64,000 nt of DNA, taken from the NCBI RefSeq assembly GCF_024521635.1, contig NW_026250436.1, positions 62,001 through 126,000 of the forward strand, given 5' to 3'. The notes under the pieces are model-generated. The model saw only the letters and a list, made by a program, of their open reading frames with translations. It was not told where the DNA came from and did not search any database. The position numbers and the translations under genes are program-made. Shown here in pieces: positions 10,073 through 21,247 of this stretch. Each line of letters begins with the position of its first letter. Position 1 is the stretch's first letter. Source of the stretch: Tricharina praecox. Its lineage: Eukaryota.

Positions 10073-12372
10073 CTACGGCGACTCATACTCGACCATCCCC
10101 TCCGTCACGACGCCGACACACTCCTCGGGCTCACTAGCCGCGGTACTCTTGAAGCAGTACATGCGGGCGACACAGTCCTCGCCGGCGGTGACCATTCTGC
10201 TATCGCTAAGGCCGACGCAGGTGACGGGGCCCGCGTGGCCCGTGACGGTGCGCAACGATTTCCCCGTGTTGACATCCCACACCTTGACCATGGAGTCCTG
10301 GGCGCCACTGACGACGCGGAGGGTGTCCGCCGCGAGGGCCCAGACCCCCTCGACGTGGCCGAAGAGCGTCTTGAAGCAGCGCCCCGATGCAACGTCCCAG
10401 AACTTGACCGTGCTGTCGAGCGCGGCGGTGATGAGCATTCCCGGCGGTGGCTTGCGGTCAGTCTTTTTCGAGGGCTCGCGGTAGGACCACGGGGAAGGGG
10501 ATAGGGGTGGTGAGGCGTGCTCGGCGTCGAAGGGTGGAGGAGTGTAGTCGGGGAGGGAGAGCGGGATTACTTGCTGGACGTGGCCGACGTGGCCTTCGAA
10601 CGTGCGGATGCACGAGCGCGTGTCCAGGTCCCACATCTTGACGGTCTGGTCGTCCGAGGCGGAAAAGATGGTGCGTGAGTCGGAATCGATGCGGACGCTG
10701 TTGACCCAATCCGTGTGCCCCTTGAGCGCGAAGCAGGATTTGTCCGCAAAGTTCCACACTTTGATGGTCTTGTCGACCGAGCCGGAAACGAGAAGCGTCG
10801 AGTCGAAGTGGAGACACACCACGCCGTCGGTGTGACCGGGAAGGGTCGACAGGCATCTTCCCGTGCGGTAATTCCATATCTTTAACGACTTGTCCATCGA
10901 GCCGGAAATGAGCTTCGTGTCGTCGAACTGCAGCGCTCGCACGCCCGATGTGTGCCCGACCAGCGTGCGAATCTCCTCCCCGGTCTCAATGTCCCAGATC
11001 TTTATCGTCGAGTCGTACGAGCCCGTCGCCAGGATTTTGTCGTCGAATTGTAGGCACATGATGCCATCGGTGTGACCCTTGAACACCGTCTTCGTGCAAC
11101 GCCCCCGCCGCCAATTGGCCTCGACCTTGTAGCGCTCCGAGAACACCGTCTTCCAAGGTTGCGTGCGCGGACTGCTGCTCTCGGTCGCCGCTTCGGTGTC
11201 GCGCTGGCACGTCCGTTTCGACGCGGAAGGGGAGCAGGTACCGGCGGACGATGACGGTCGCATGTACGCCGCCTCGACGTCGGTGGGGTTGTCGGGCCGC
11301 TTGCCGTGGATATTGAGGCGGCTGGCGCCATTGGTGATGTCGTGCGTATGCGTGAAAATCTGAGGCTCCTTGGCTCGCAGCTCCATCTGCCGCTTCGACG
11401 CTCGTAATCGTTTTCGCTCGAGCAGAGGCAGCCCCCATCCACACTTGTCGCATTTCCGGTCAATGTGCTGCTCGCACATCTTGTGCCACACCACATCGTC
11501 ATCCGCCAGCATCCTCCACGTCCGCGATACCTGCGCCGCTTTGCACAGCGATGCCGTGTCGAGGTAGGATAGGATTCGGAAGGATATCTCGGGCGGCAGC
11601 GTGCTCAGGAAGTCGATGCGTATCAGATCGCGGATCGCACCGGATAGGTAGGATAGTTGCGGGAAGCAGCACTGTTGTAATATGCCTTGAAGCATCATCT
11701 TTCGCATCTGGCCCGGAGCGGCGGAAAACAACGACCACACGTGAGTGATGGCCTGACGATCGGCATCCGGTAGACTATCCATACTCTGCGATCGCAAACC
11801 GCATCAGCAAACACACCCCCGCCCCCGCCATCGAAAATTTAGCCGCACCGTCGGCTGAGGGGAAAACCCACACTCTGAAGCTGCTCCATCGTCGGCTCAT
11901 CCGCCGGCCGCCGACACTTGATGTCGGGCCGATGCCGATAGCAATATCTCGTATTCCCCTCCCCCGCTTCGTGACTGTGCGTCTCCGGCTTCCCATGGGG
12001 CGCGTACTGCTGCGGGATATGCTTTGACAGAAAAGGGCCGACGTCTTTCTTGACCGACTCGGTGGTGTCGGTCGAGATGGCGGCGGCAAACAATTGCGGC
12101 TCGTCGGTATCCATCGTCTTGGTGGTGGACGTCGCGGCGTCGGTAAATATCGAAGATCTCTTCCGTTTTTTCGGTCGGGGGTCGCAGGTGGTATTTGAAG
12201 AGGATGGGGGGGCGGTGAGAGGGGTAGTAGTGGTAGTAGTGGTAGTAGTAGTAGTAGCCGTAGCGACGGTGGATTTGTGGCGCATCGAGCGTCGGCGAGG
12301 AAGAGCTTCTGCTGCTGCAGCTACTTCTGGTGCAGCAGTGGTGTCATTTGTCATTGCGTTCTTTCGCGCCAT
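10073..12372 (-). CDS. sconB: Sulfur controller F-box/WD40 SCF substrate receptor (SconB / SCON-2 / Met30)
   Basis: ATG at 12372 and intron 11786-11871. Family N-terminal motifs [16 protein letters not shown] and [12 protein letters not shown]...CCFPQLS; F-box [43 protein letters not shown]; then several GH...WD repeats. Confidence 0.95.
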
Positions 12373-14593
12373 TGGTGAGGGATGGTTGGACGTCACGCGA
12401 GGGGAGGACGGGATGGGGTGCGAGCTGGCTGGCTTTGCCGGAGAGTTGCTTTTCTTCTCGAAAAAGCAATTCCGAAAACACTCCGAGCGAAGGTTATTGA
12501 CCGGGGAAACAAAGGACGACGAAGAGATCCGGATACTTTGCAGAAGAGTAAAAAAAAATAATTCTTCTTTTCGGCGATTGTTATAGACACGAGGCAGGCC
12601 ACAACATGTGTCCGGGGGAGTCGATCTGGGGTTGGTTGTATTCTGTTGTATAGCCAAGTCGAGTATGGGGAGTTCGAGGAGGAGGGAGGTAGAGTGCCGA
12701 GATGATGGGAGGACAGGGAGTGTAGGGGAGGGAGGGAGGACGAGGAGAACGGTAGATATGTTGCAGAAATAGGCTGAGGTGGGTAGAAGGTAGATCTTGT
12801 ATTCGGTCCCGGTGTCGCTCTATGGACGGTACCTACGCCAGGAGTAGATCCTCTTCGGGTAGAGAGGGACAGAGGCGGCGAAAGGCAGGTATCGAGGGCG
12901 GCAGAAACAGGTGTGGGAACTGCAGATGCTGCTGTGCTGCACGGGCGGCAGCAGTGGTGCGGTTAGATCCAGAAATGAATGCGAGCTGGTGGGCTTGCTG
13001 GATCCAGAAGTCTTCAGGCAGATGGTGTGTGGAGTGCCGTGTGAGGTGTGTGGTGTATGGTGATGCACGCTCGGGGAGGTGGGGAATTTGCTGGATTGAG
13101 TTTGGAGAGCTGAGATCGATGGACGGGCTGGACTGGCTGGCGGGCTGGCTCTGGACTGACCGGTATAAATACTATGGAGCAGAGTCGGCGGTCGGGCGGA
13201 GCTGGAACGCTACAACCATGTCGGGGCACTTTAGGTGATCTCGGGGGCGGAGGATATTCGATGTCGACAGGATCGATGGGGTATGGTGACATCCACTGAG
13301 TAAGAAGTTGTAAGTGAGTACGGCACTTGGATAGCAGCCATATTACTACCGTACTCTTGGTATCATAAGGATAATATGATTGCACTCATCGGTATCATAT
13401 AATCACATTGCAATCATCAATAATGTGCATGCGGAAGGTTTCCAGAGCATGGAACGCGGAGCAGAACGACGATCGCGCTAGATCTAATCCATGCCGTCGT
13501 AAGCCGGCCGACCTCGCTTCTGCTTCCGTCATCTTCAACCCCGACGACGACACCACCGAGCTTCGGCCCTATGTTCGATGCAACTTTCTTAGGCACCATT
13601 GCTCGGCCTTCTGGATGATGTGCTCCAGCTCCGGCAACTTCGAATTCCCGGCCCAGGAAGGAACGCCATCCCGCGGATCTCCCCGCCTGTAGTTTCCAAT
13701 TCACATGATATGTACGTAGAAACCTCCAGTGCTTTGCTCCTCTGTGAGTGGTGGTCTGGCTCGCGGCCTTACCGTCAATTCACCATTCTGAGGCGAATTG
13801 CGACATCACCACGACTCGCAAAAAAAAACGCCCCTAAAAAAAGCCAAAAAAAACCTAAAACCCTCCCCCCACCACAACCACCACCACAAAAACGACCTCC
13901 AGATTCAAACGCAAATTCTCTCCACACACCCGTCCGCATCCAGGTTGTCAGACACGTTTCAGATCGTGCGGATTTGGTATCTATCTCCACCCGTGCCGGC
14001 CGTTCTTCCAGAAGCAGACCCATTGCCTTGCTGCCTTGAATTGGCCGTGTCCAATGTTCAACGCCCATGGGTTCACATCATGCAGAGCTGTTTCTGCGAG
14101 ATGGAGATATCGATGAGCTCTTTATCTTCTCTCCCAGATAATCTCTCTCTCTATCTCTCTCACAAGCAGCCAATGCGCCGAGTTCCAGCCGAACCCGCTT
14201 CTTTTTCCACATAACCGTTCCGCCTCGGCTCGTCCAGTGACCTCGTCCAGTGACCTCGTTCGTTCGCTGCCGATGATCTGATCTGACCTGACCCCTGCCC
14301 AGCGCTACGTATCTAGATAGAGCAAATGTAACCGCGCTGGAGCTATGCTGTGACTACAACCACAACTGTCAACGAGAGCTCGCGGTATCTACAAGATATA
14401 GCTATCTCCACTGCACCATATCATCTTGCCTCCCATACCACTGCGAGCTGCACCGCCCATACGCATACCTACGGATGTCCTCGCCCTCGAGCTTCTAACG
14501 CACTCGTCCACCACGACCACCGTGCCCCCAATATATCTCGCCGCCTCAGCTCAACCACAAACGCCGCACAGCTCCCAGCTCCCAGCTACGGCG

Positions 14594-16458
14594 ATGACCC
14601 CCCCACCACCCGACTCATTGACAACCTGGTTCCTGGACGCCAAGCGCTCGCTGAACTCAGTATCGCTGTGCACGCGCGCTCACGTACTGGTGGACTCAGC
14701 GCGCGCCGCGCTGCAGGAGGCGTCGATTGTCGCGTCGCGCTGCGGCTTCCTCCGCACCGCGCTGCAGGAGCAGCTTACCATCGCTGATCAGATCAATCGT
14801 ATGGTACATACTACGAAGGATGGCGCGAGGGAGGAGTTTGAGGTACGCTTTGCTCACACGTTGTGGTTCTGGTGCTCCGAGTGTTCCCGCAAGGAGGGGG
14901 GGTGGGAGACACGGGGATATTAATGCCTCGTATCATTGGCTGCGGCGCAATTTCGTATATCTCTATGCCTTGTTCTATATCTGGCGTGGCGGACGGAGTG
15001 GAGTGGAGTGGAGTGGGTTGAGAGGGTTGGATGGAAATGGTGGGAGGGAGGGACGAGCGAGAGGGTGGGGGGAGGGGCGATGGTATAAATGCTAACACAT
15101 CTTGCGTGCTCGGCTCCAGAAAACACTGACGGATCTCGACAACGCCGATATCCGGCTCAACCAGACGCTCGAGCTCCTGCGGAATTCGGTCGTCGACCCC
15201 GCTTTTACCGTTTCTGGGTCGTCGAATGCACAGGCACAGGCACAGCCCCAACAACGGAAGGTGAAGCGGCGGGATAGGGAGGAGACGGAGCAGGAGGAGC
15301 AGGAGGAGCAGGAGCAGGATGGGGATGGGGACGGGGACAAGAAGGAGCAGGGCGAGAGCGATTATGGCGGCGGCAGTGAGAGTAGTATCGCTACCGCTAG
15401 GATGCGCACGCTACATGATTTCGTCGAGGACGGGGGTATAGAGAATCTCAAGACGCGGCTGCGACACTCTATAGACTACGTGCAGGTGAGTGAGTTCATT
15501 GGGCGCCGCCAGCGGTCTGGTCTTATCATCCATCCAGCCAGCCAACCTGACAATAATGTGATCAGGAATCCCATGACGCCCTAAGCTCGTCCATCGGCAT
15601 GTTCGACGAATCCCTGCAGTCACTGAGCAGCTCGCTCTCCTCGCTCGCCGACCCCACCCCGCACACGGAGCCTCTGCACCCCCCACTCCACGCGCTCGAA
15701 GAGCACACCGAGGCGATGGCGTCGCTTCTCGAGAGTCTAACGCAACACTACGACCGGTGTTCGCAGGCGCTGAAAGCAACCGAGTCAGGCACTTCCGTCG
15801 ATCCGGACCTGATGCTAGTCCTTTCACGGGACGCGGCGGAGGTCGACGACGTCGTGCACGAGCTCAAGGAGCGGCTGGCGGAGATGGAAACGATCTACTA
15901 CAGCATCTCGTCGAGCATCGAGGAGCTGCGCCGCCTCGAGCGCGACACCGTCGCCGTGTTTGCCGCGTTCGAAGAGTTCCAGACAGAACTCGCCATTTGC
16001 ATGGACGGCCTCAGGGAGTTCGAAATGCGCCAAGCAGAGCTGAAGTTGGATATGCAGAGTAGACTGTCCGAGCTCTGGGAGCTGGGCGAGTTCTATGAGG
16101 GCTTCGTGGGCGCGTATGATGCGATGGTCGTCGAAGTCGGCAGGCGAAAGGGCCTTGCTGTCAGGATGGAGGCCGTCGTTAAAGAGGCCCAGAAGAAGCT
16201 GCGGGCTCTGTACGATGGTTTGTCGCCCTTACCCCCGGGGCCATTTACCATGCTAACACCATGCCAGAGGACATGCAAGACCGCGAAATCTTCACGGAGG
16301 AGTACGGTCAATGGCTGCCTGTAGATCTGTGGCCCGGCTTTCGGGATCCGCCTGCACGCTGGGTCATAGAGAAGGATCTGCAGGGCGGCACTGAGCTGCC
16401 AAAGCTGGGGAAGGACGTGATTGAACGTGCGCTGCGGAGGAGGACGCCGGTACCTTAG
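14594..16458 (+). CDS. ATG17: Autophagy-related protein 17 (Atg1 kinase complex scaffold)
   Basis: Exons 14594-14842, 15120-15485, 15566-16217, 16268-16458. Motifs AKRSLNSVSLCTRA, LRNSVVDP, RTLHDFVED, MASLLESLTQHYDRC, DAAEVDDVV, YDAMVVEVGRRK and the C-terminal F..EYGQWLPVDLWPG. Confidence 0.92.
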
Positions 16459-16745
16459 GGTGGATATGGTGCATGGTAATGTGTTGCATGGGAATATGTT
16501 GCATGGCATGGGATTGCGAGGTGCATCGGTGTATCGTCATGATGGGTTGCGGATAACTCTACTCTACTTTGCTGTACTACTTATTCTTTCTTTTGGATCA
16601 GGCGGAGCGTGGGAGCGTGGGAATTTATGTAATGTATGTAGGCGGGGTGAATGGGTATTGGAGAGCTCACCCATGCTCCTAGGGCAAACACGTAGGGCAG
16701 CCAAGCCCGCCGAACCCCTGAAGCTCAGGTGCATGCCGCTCCATT

Positions 16746-16799
16746 CACGTCTTCCACGTCTTCCACGTCTTCCACGTCTTCCACGTCTTCCACGTGTTC
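16746..16799 (+). repeat. 9-bp tandem repeat (CACGTCTTC)x5 plus one CACGTGTTC variant
   Basis: Read directly from the sequence; ends about 94 bp upstream of the ATG at 16893. Confidence 0.95.
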
Positions 16800-16892
16800 C
16801 CCACTACCACTACTACAATTAGCCTTGCCATCATACAACCTCAACCCCACAACCTCACAATTTCACCTTGCCATCCACCTCACAACCTCACG

Positions 16893-18551
16893 ATGAACCC
16901 CGACCCCGAATCCCACCTCCTCTCGGTCCTCAGCTCCCACGCCTCCTCCCTCGGCAGCGCGGACATCAGCTGGGCGTTCGCGCACGCCAAGTCGTCGGTG
17001 CCGGTATCGGAGTACATAAGCACGTACCTTCTCCCGTCGTGCGTTCTCAGCCTCGAGGAGTCCGCGGTGCGCGTGCACCTCGAGAAGACAGGGCAATGGC
17101 GACGTCTCGCCAGCAGCGGCGGGCCGCCGCTATCGGAGCGCGAGATCGCGCTGCAGGCCGAGGATCTACGCGAGCGGAGTAGGGTGCTAAGGGAGAGGGC
17201 GAAGGAGGTGCGGGCTGCAGGCGAGACGCTGGCGGGCGTGCGGAGTAGGCGCAGGGCCGAGGGGGAAAGGAGGAAGAGGGCGGACGCGGTGAGGAGGATG
17301 AAGTGGGTTGCTGAGAGGGAGGAGTTGCTCGCGGCGAGGGATGATCTTGTGGGGATTCTGAGGGAGGAGGTCGCGGATTTGAGGGATTCGCTGGGGGATA
17401 ATGAGAAGGAGGCGGAGGAGGTGGAGCGTGTGCTGCTCGGTGATGATAGGGTGCTCTTGCGGCTGGAGAAGTTGGCCGCTGGGCTAGTGGTCGCCCAGGA
17501 GGAGGATACGCAGGAGGAGGTGGTCGAGAGGATGCAGGGCCTTATTGCCAGGCTGGCGGCGGTGGAGACGAGGGCGGTCAGGAAGAGGCTTGAACGGGTC
17601 TTTCGCGAGAAGGTGTCGGCGGGGGAGGGTGCCGAGAGAGGGCCCGAGGAGGTGGAGTTGCAGAAGGAGATCGATTCGCTGTACGCGGAGATCCCAACGG
17701 TTGCGCAGGGGGCCGCGTATAACCAGTTTCTAGCCCCGCTGATGGTCACGATTGCCGCGGCGACGAAGGATCGAGGCGAGAATTGGGCGCTCGGCGGGGA
17801 GTATATCTGCCAGGTCCTGCGGCATTTGCGGAACCGCTTGGCCGCGATGACGAGTTTCCTCAGCAGCTGTCATGATCGGGACGGGGCGGTGATGACATTG
17901 ATCGCGACGATCGAGCGGGAGGCGGGGGCGACGGTTATCGCTTCTCACAACGAGCGCCCCAGCACTCCGACCGCGAAGCCCCAACCACCGCGCCGTCTCG
18001 GCTCCCCGGTGAAGTTTAACGATGCGGCAAGCAAGCTCGGGCGAATACCGTACCTGACCCCCGCACGCCGGAGGGGTAAGAGCGTCGACTTCAGCAAGGA
18101 CGCATATCCGGAGCTGGCGCTGCTCAGCCACTTGGGGATCTCGCTGCCGCCCGGGTCTCCGTCCCGTATCGCGTCCACGCCGCCCGTCATCACAGACTCC
18201 TTCCTCGCCGCGCAGATTGCCGCCGCCGCTGCAAAGGTCGAGAGCGTATCTGAGTTTCCGACCGACTCGTGGGAAGCGGCGAGAGCACAGGCCGCGGATG
18301 TGGCCAGGCTCCTTCGGGAGGGCTTGTGGGCGGGCAATGAGTACGAGGTTGCGCCTAAGGAGGGGGAAGGCTCGGTAGTTGTTGTGAGACAGGAGATTCG
18401 TGATGGTGGGAAGGCTGTTGAGAATGGCGTTAAGGAGTTGTCGAGTGTTATGGGACGGCTGATTGGTATGGTAGATGAGATTGAGGGTCAGCGCGGCGAT
18501 GTGGGCAGGGAGGGGAGGAAGGGCGAGTTTGTGGGCCGCTGGGGTAGGTAA
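16893..18551 (+). CDS. Coiled-coil protein, probable augmin/HAUS complex subunit 3 (Aug3-like)
   Basis: Intronless 552-aa ORF from the first ATG. The N-terminus DISWAF...EYISTYLLPSCVLSLEE...LEKTG resembles the HAUS3 N-terminal pattern (D-x-x-W-x-F...VLS-x-EE...L-x-x-x-G) and is followed by long heptad regions. The family call is by recall only. Confidence 0.6.
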   Translation: MNPDPESHLLSVLSSHASSLGSADISWAFAHAKSSVPVSEYISTYLLPSCVLSLEESAVRVHLEKTGQWRRLASSGGPPLSEREIALQAEDLRERSRVLRERAKEVRAAGETLAGVRSRRRAEGERRKRADAVRRMKWVAEREELLAARDDLVGILREEVADLRDSLGDNEKEAEEVERVLLGDDRVLLRLEKLAAGLVVAQEEDTQEEVVERMQGLIARLAAVETRAVRKRLERVFREKVSAGEGAERGPEEVELQKEIDSLYAEIPTVAQGAAYNQFLAPLMVTIAAATKDRGENWALGGEYICQVLRHLRNRLAAMTSFLSSCHDRDGAVMTLIATIEREAGATVIASHNERPSTPTAKPQPPRRLGSPVKFNDAASKLGRIPYLTPARRRGKSVDFSKDAYPELALLSHLGISLPPGSPSRIASTPPVITDSFLAAQIAAAAAKVESVSEFPTDSWEAARAQAADVARLLREGLWAGNEYEVAPKEGEGSVVVVRQEIRDGGKAVENGVKELSSVMGRLIGMVDEIEGQRGDVGREGRKGEFVGRWGR

Positions 18552-18742
18552 ACGGACACGGTGCTGTACTGTACTTCATGATGACTTTTGTAATATTTGT
18601 AACGACCGGACTCACGATGGGGATGAATTCACGATGCCATGAGATATATCCTTCACCATCCAAACGCCGTTCCCTTCATTCATTAAGTTTTACAATCGTG
18701 TCGTAACCACCGTATAATAACCACCGCATTAGGTTGTCCCAT

Positions 18743-19579
18743 CTACAGACAGCTGCCGACCCACTTCCCCAGCGGCTGCCTCCAGCCATCGGCCAACGTG
18801 CTCCCGCCCGCAAACTCCACCTGGATGCCGGCGTCCTCCAGCGCCTCAAAAGTAAACGGCGCACTGCCACCCTCACCAAGCCACTCATCATCCTCCTTAT
18901 CCTCATCGCCGACGCCCACAATGCCCCTACTCCTGGCCTCCCTCACGCGACCCATCTCCTCCTCCAGCAACCGTCTGATCCTCGCCGCCGGCAGCGCGGT
19001 GAACAAATCACTCTTGTTGCACGCGACGAGGACCGGGAACGACGCCTTGGCCTTCGTGCCACGCGCCTCCTGCAGCTTCTGGATGCGCAGGAGAGCGGAG
19101 TAGAGGTACTCGCCGGCGTCGCGCCACTCCTGCGCGCTCGAGTCGACCACAAACACCACGCCCTTGGTCGTGTCCGCCACGACGAGCTCAGTGGCGCGCG
19201 GCCGCAGCTTGCCGTGGCCCGGAGTGTCTTGCAGCAGGAAGCGCGTGGTCCCTGTGCGCGACGGGTCCGCTTCGGCGCGGTACTTGGTGGAGGCGGTGAT
19301 GTTCGCGGGTATGTCGCATTCGAGACTCAATGGCGCTTGGGAAACGCGGGTTTCGGCCGGTGATGACACGAAGGTCGTCATCAGTGTGGTTTTACCGGAG
19401 GAGGAAGGGCCGAGAAGAACGAATGTGGGAAGGGTCGTCGATGCCCGCGTGCGGAAGATGAGTGTGTGTAGGATAAGAGGCGTCAAAAACACGACGAGGA
19501 GGCTGATTAGGATGGTGGTGGGTGTGGGGCTGAGGAGGAATTCCAGCAGCGAGGGGGAGGTGGGGGCCGCGGCGGCCAT
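18743..19579 (-). CDS. SRP102: Signal recognition particle receptor beta subunit (Arf-like GTPase with N-terminal TM anchor)
   Basis: TM segment ILISLLVVFLTPLILHTLIF, P-loop GPSSSGKT, G3 DTPGHGKLR, VVFVVDS, G4 VLVACNKSDLFTA, and LEEEMGRVREARS. Confidence 0.93.
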   Translation of the reverse strand: MAAAAPTSPSLLEFLLSPTPTTILISLLVVFLTPLILHTLIFRTRASTTLPTFVLLGPSSSGKTTLMTTFVSSPAETRVSQAPLSLECDIPANITASTKYRAEADPSRTGTTRFLLQDTPGHGKLRPRATELVVADTTKGVVFVVDSSAQEWRDAGEYLYSALLRIQKLQEARGTKAKASFPVLVACNKSDLFTALPAARIRRLLEEEMGRVREARSRGIVGVGDEDKEDDEWLGEGGSAPFTFEALEDAGIQVEFAGGSTLADGWRQPLGKWVGSCL

Positions 19580-19884
19580 TGTAAGGGTGTTTGGATGATG
19601 GTTGGTTGTGGTGATGATGGCTTGAGGTTGGTTGGGGGGTTTTGTGTTCGGAAAAGAGGGAACAAAGGACACGTTCTGGATGACGGAGCCGCGGCGCCAA
19701 GTCGTGTCACACCCGCCTTCATTCGCCTACGACACCAGCACCTAGTGCCGTGCACTCCCGAACGAATCTCAGCTCTGCAACCTCAGCTCCCAACGAAATA
19801 CCACCGCCACCGCGCTATCACCCACCGCCTTCAACGCCCCTCAAGCTCTCCGAAGCTGTTGTCGCCACCCCACACCTCGCCGCC
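19580..19884. promoter_or_regulatory. Short bidirectional promoter between SRP102 and TLG2
   Basis: Divergent ATGs at 19579 (-) and 19885 (+) are 305 bp apart, with CA-rich leaders on both outgoing strands. Confidence 0.6.
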
Positions 19885-21080
19885 ATGTGGCGGGACCGTA
19901 CAAACCTGTACTACACGACTTCTCACGCTGCTGCAAACAAGCTCTAGCTAACACCACACTCCTGGACACAGCTACATTTCCTACCGGCAATCCTACAGCC
20001 ACCATCCGGCGAAGCGTCCACGGTTCATCGACACACCCTCGACCTTCGGCGACGATGACCGGCGCGGGCTGCTCTCGCCGTCGTCGCGGCACTCCGACGA
20101 CGCAATAATCGAAATGGACCTTCTCCCGCCGCGGTGGGCCGACGTCACCGACGAAGTCAACGAGCTGCTGACGGGAATCGCGCGCAAATCTACGCTGCTC
20201 GAGCGCCTCCACAACAAGCACGTCCTCCCCGGCTTCGATGATTCGTGCCGCGATGAAGGCGAGATCGAACGCCTGACTGCAGAGATCACCGGTGATTTCC
20301 ATGCCTGCCAGAGGAAGATTTCGAGTGTCAAGGCTATGCTGCAAGGCGCGACCAGTGCTGAGGACGTCATGGGCAGGAATCTACAGATGTCCCTCGCTGC
20401 TAGGGTCCAGGAGAGCTCGACGCTGTTTAGGAAAAAGCAGAGTGCTTATCTTCGGAGTCCGTCCTCCCAACACCCCCACCCCTCTCCGGGTGATTTTCGC
20501 TGACTGGTGAATGTAGAACTCCGTGGGATCTCGACGATGACCGAGCGCTCCAGCAGTCCCGGCCTCTACAATCCAGCAATGGAAGATCCCGCGGCCGACG
20601 TATCGTACTCGCAGTCGGCACTGCAGCGCAGCGCACAATTGACATCCAACGATGCGGCGATAATGCAGCGGGAGCGGGAGATCACCGACATTGCGAAGGG
20701 GATCATCGAGCTGGCGGACATATTCAAGGAGCTTCAGAGCATGGTTATCGATCAGGGGACTATGCTCGATCGCATCGACTACAATGTCGAGATGCTGAAT
20801 GTCAACGTCAAGGAGGCGGATAAGGAGATGACTGTGGTAAGTATCATCTACCTGGGTGGGTAACAACGGTTAATTGGGTGGATAGGCAAGCGGCTACCAA
20901 CGCAAAACGACAAAACGAAAAATCATGTTCCTCCTGTTCCTGATCATCCTCGGCCTAGTCATCCTCCTGGTCATCAAGCCGAAGAAGTCTTCACCGCCTG
21001 CCGCGCCAGCGCCAGCTCCTGTGGCGCCACAGAAGGATCTGCCCCTGGTATATATACGCGGCAGGAAAGCTGTGTGGTGA
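19885..21080 (+). CDS. TLG2: Qa-SNARE syntaxin Tlg2 / syntaxin-16
   Basis: Exons 19885-19907, 19972-20456, 20517-20836, 20886-21080. N-peptide MWRDRTNLYISYRQSY, LPPRWAD, HVLPGFDD, SNARE motif REREITDIAKGIIELADIFKELQSMVIDQGTMLDRIDYNVE, and C-terminal TM IMFLLFLIILGLVILLVIK. Confidence 0.96.
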
Positions 21081-21218
21081 TGTGGTGATGTGGTGACGCG
21101 GAGAGTGGGCTTGGCCTGCGGTTGTATGATAGTTACTTTCTGTTCTTTTCGTTTATTGTGCTTTACTTTTTGTCTGTGTTCTTGTGGCTGGCATCTTCTT
21201 GGATTGGACGGCGGGCGT

Positions 21219-21247
21219 TGGGGGGGGGGGGGGGGGGGGGGGGGGGG
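21219..21247 (+). repeat. Poly-G homopolymer (29 nt)
   Basis: Read directly from the sequence; about 140 bp after the TLG2 stop. Confidence 0.95.
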
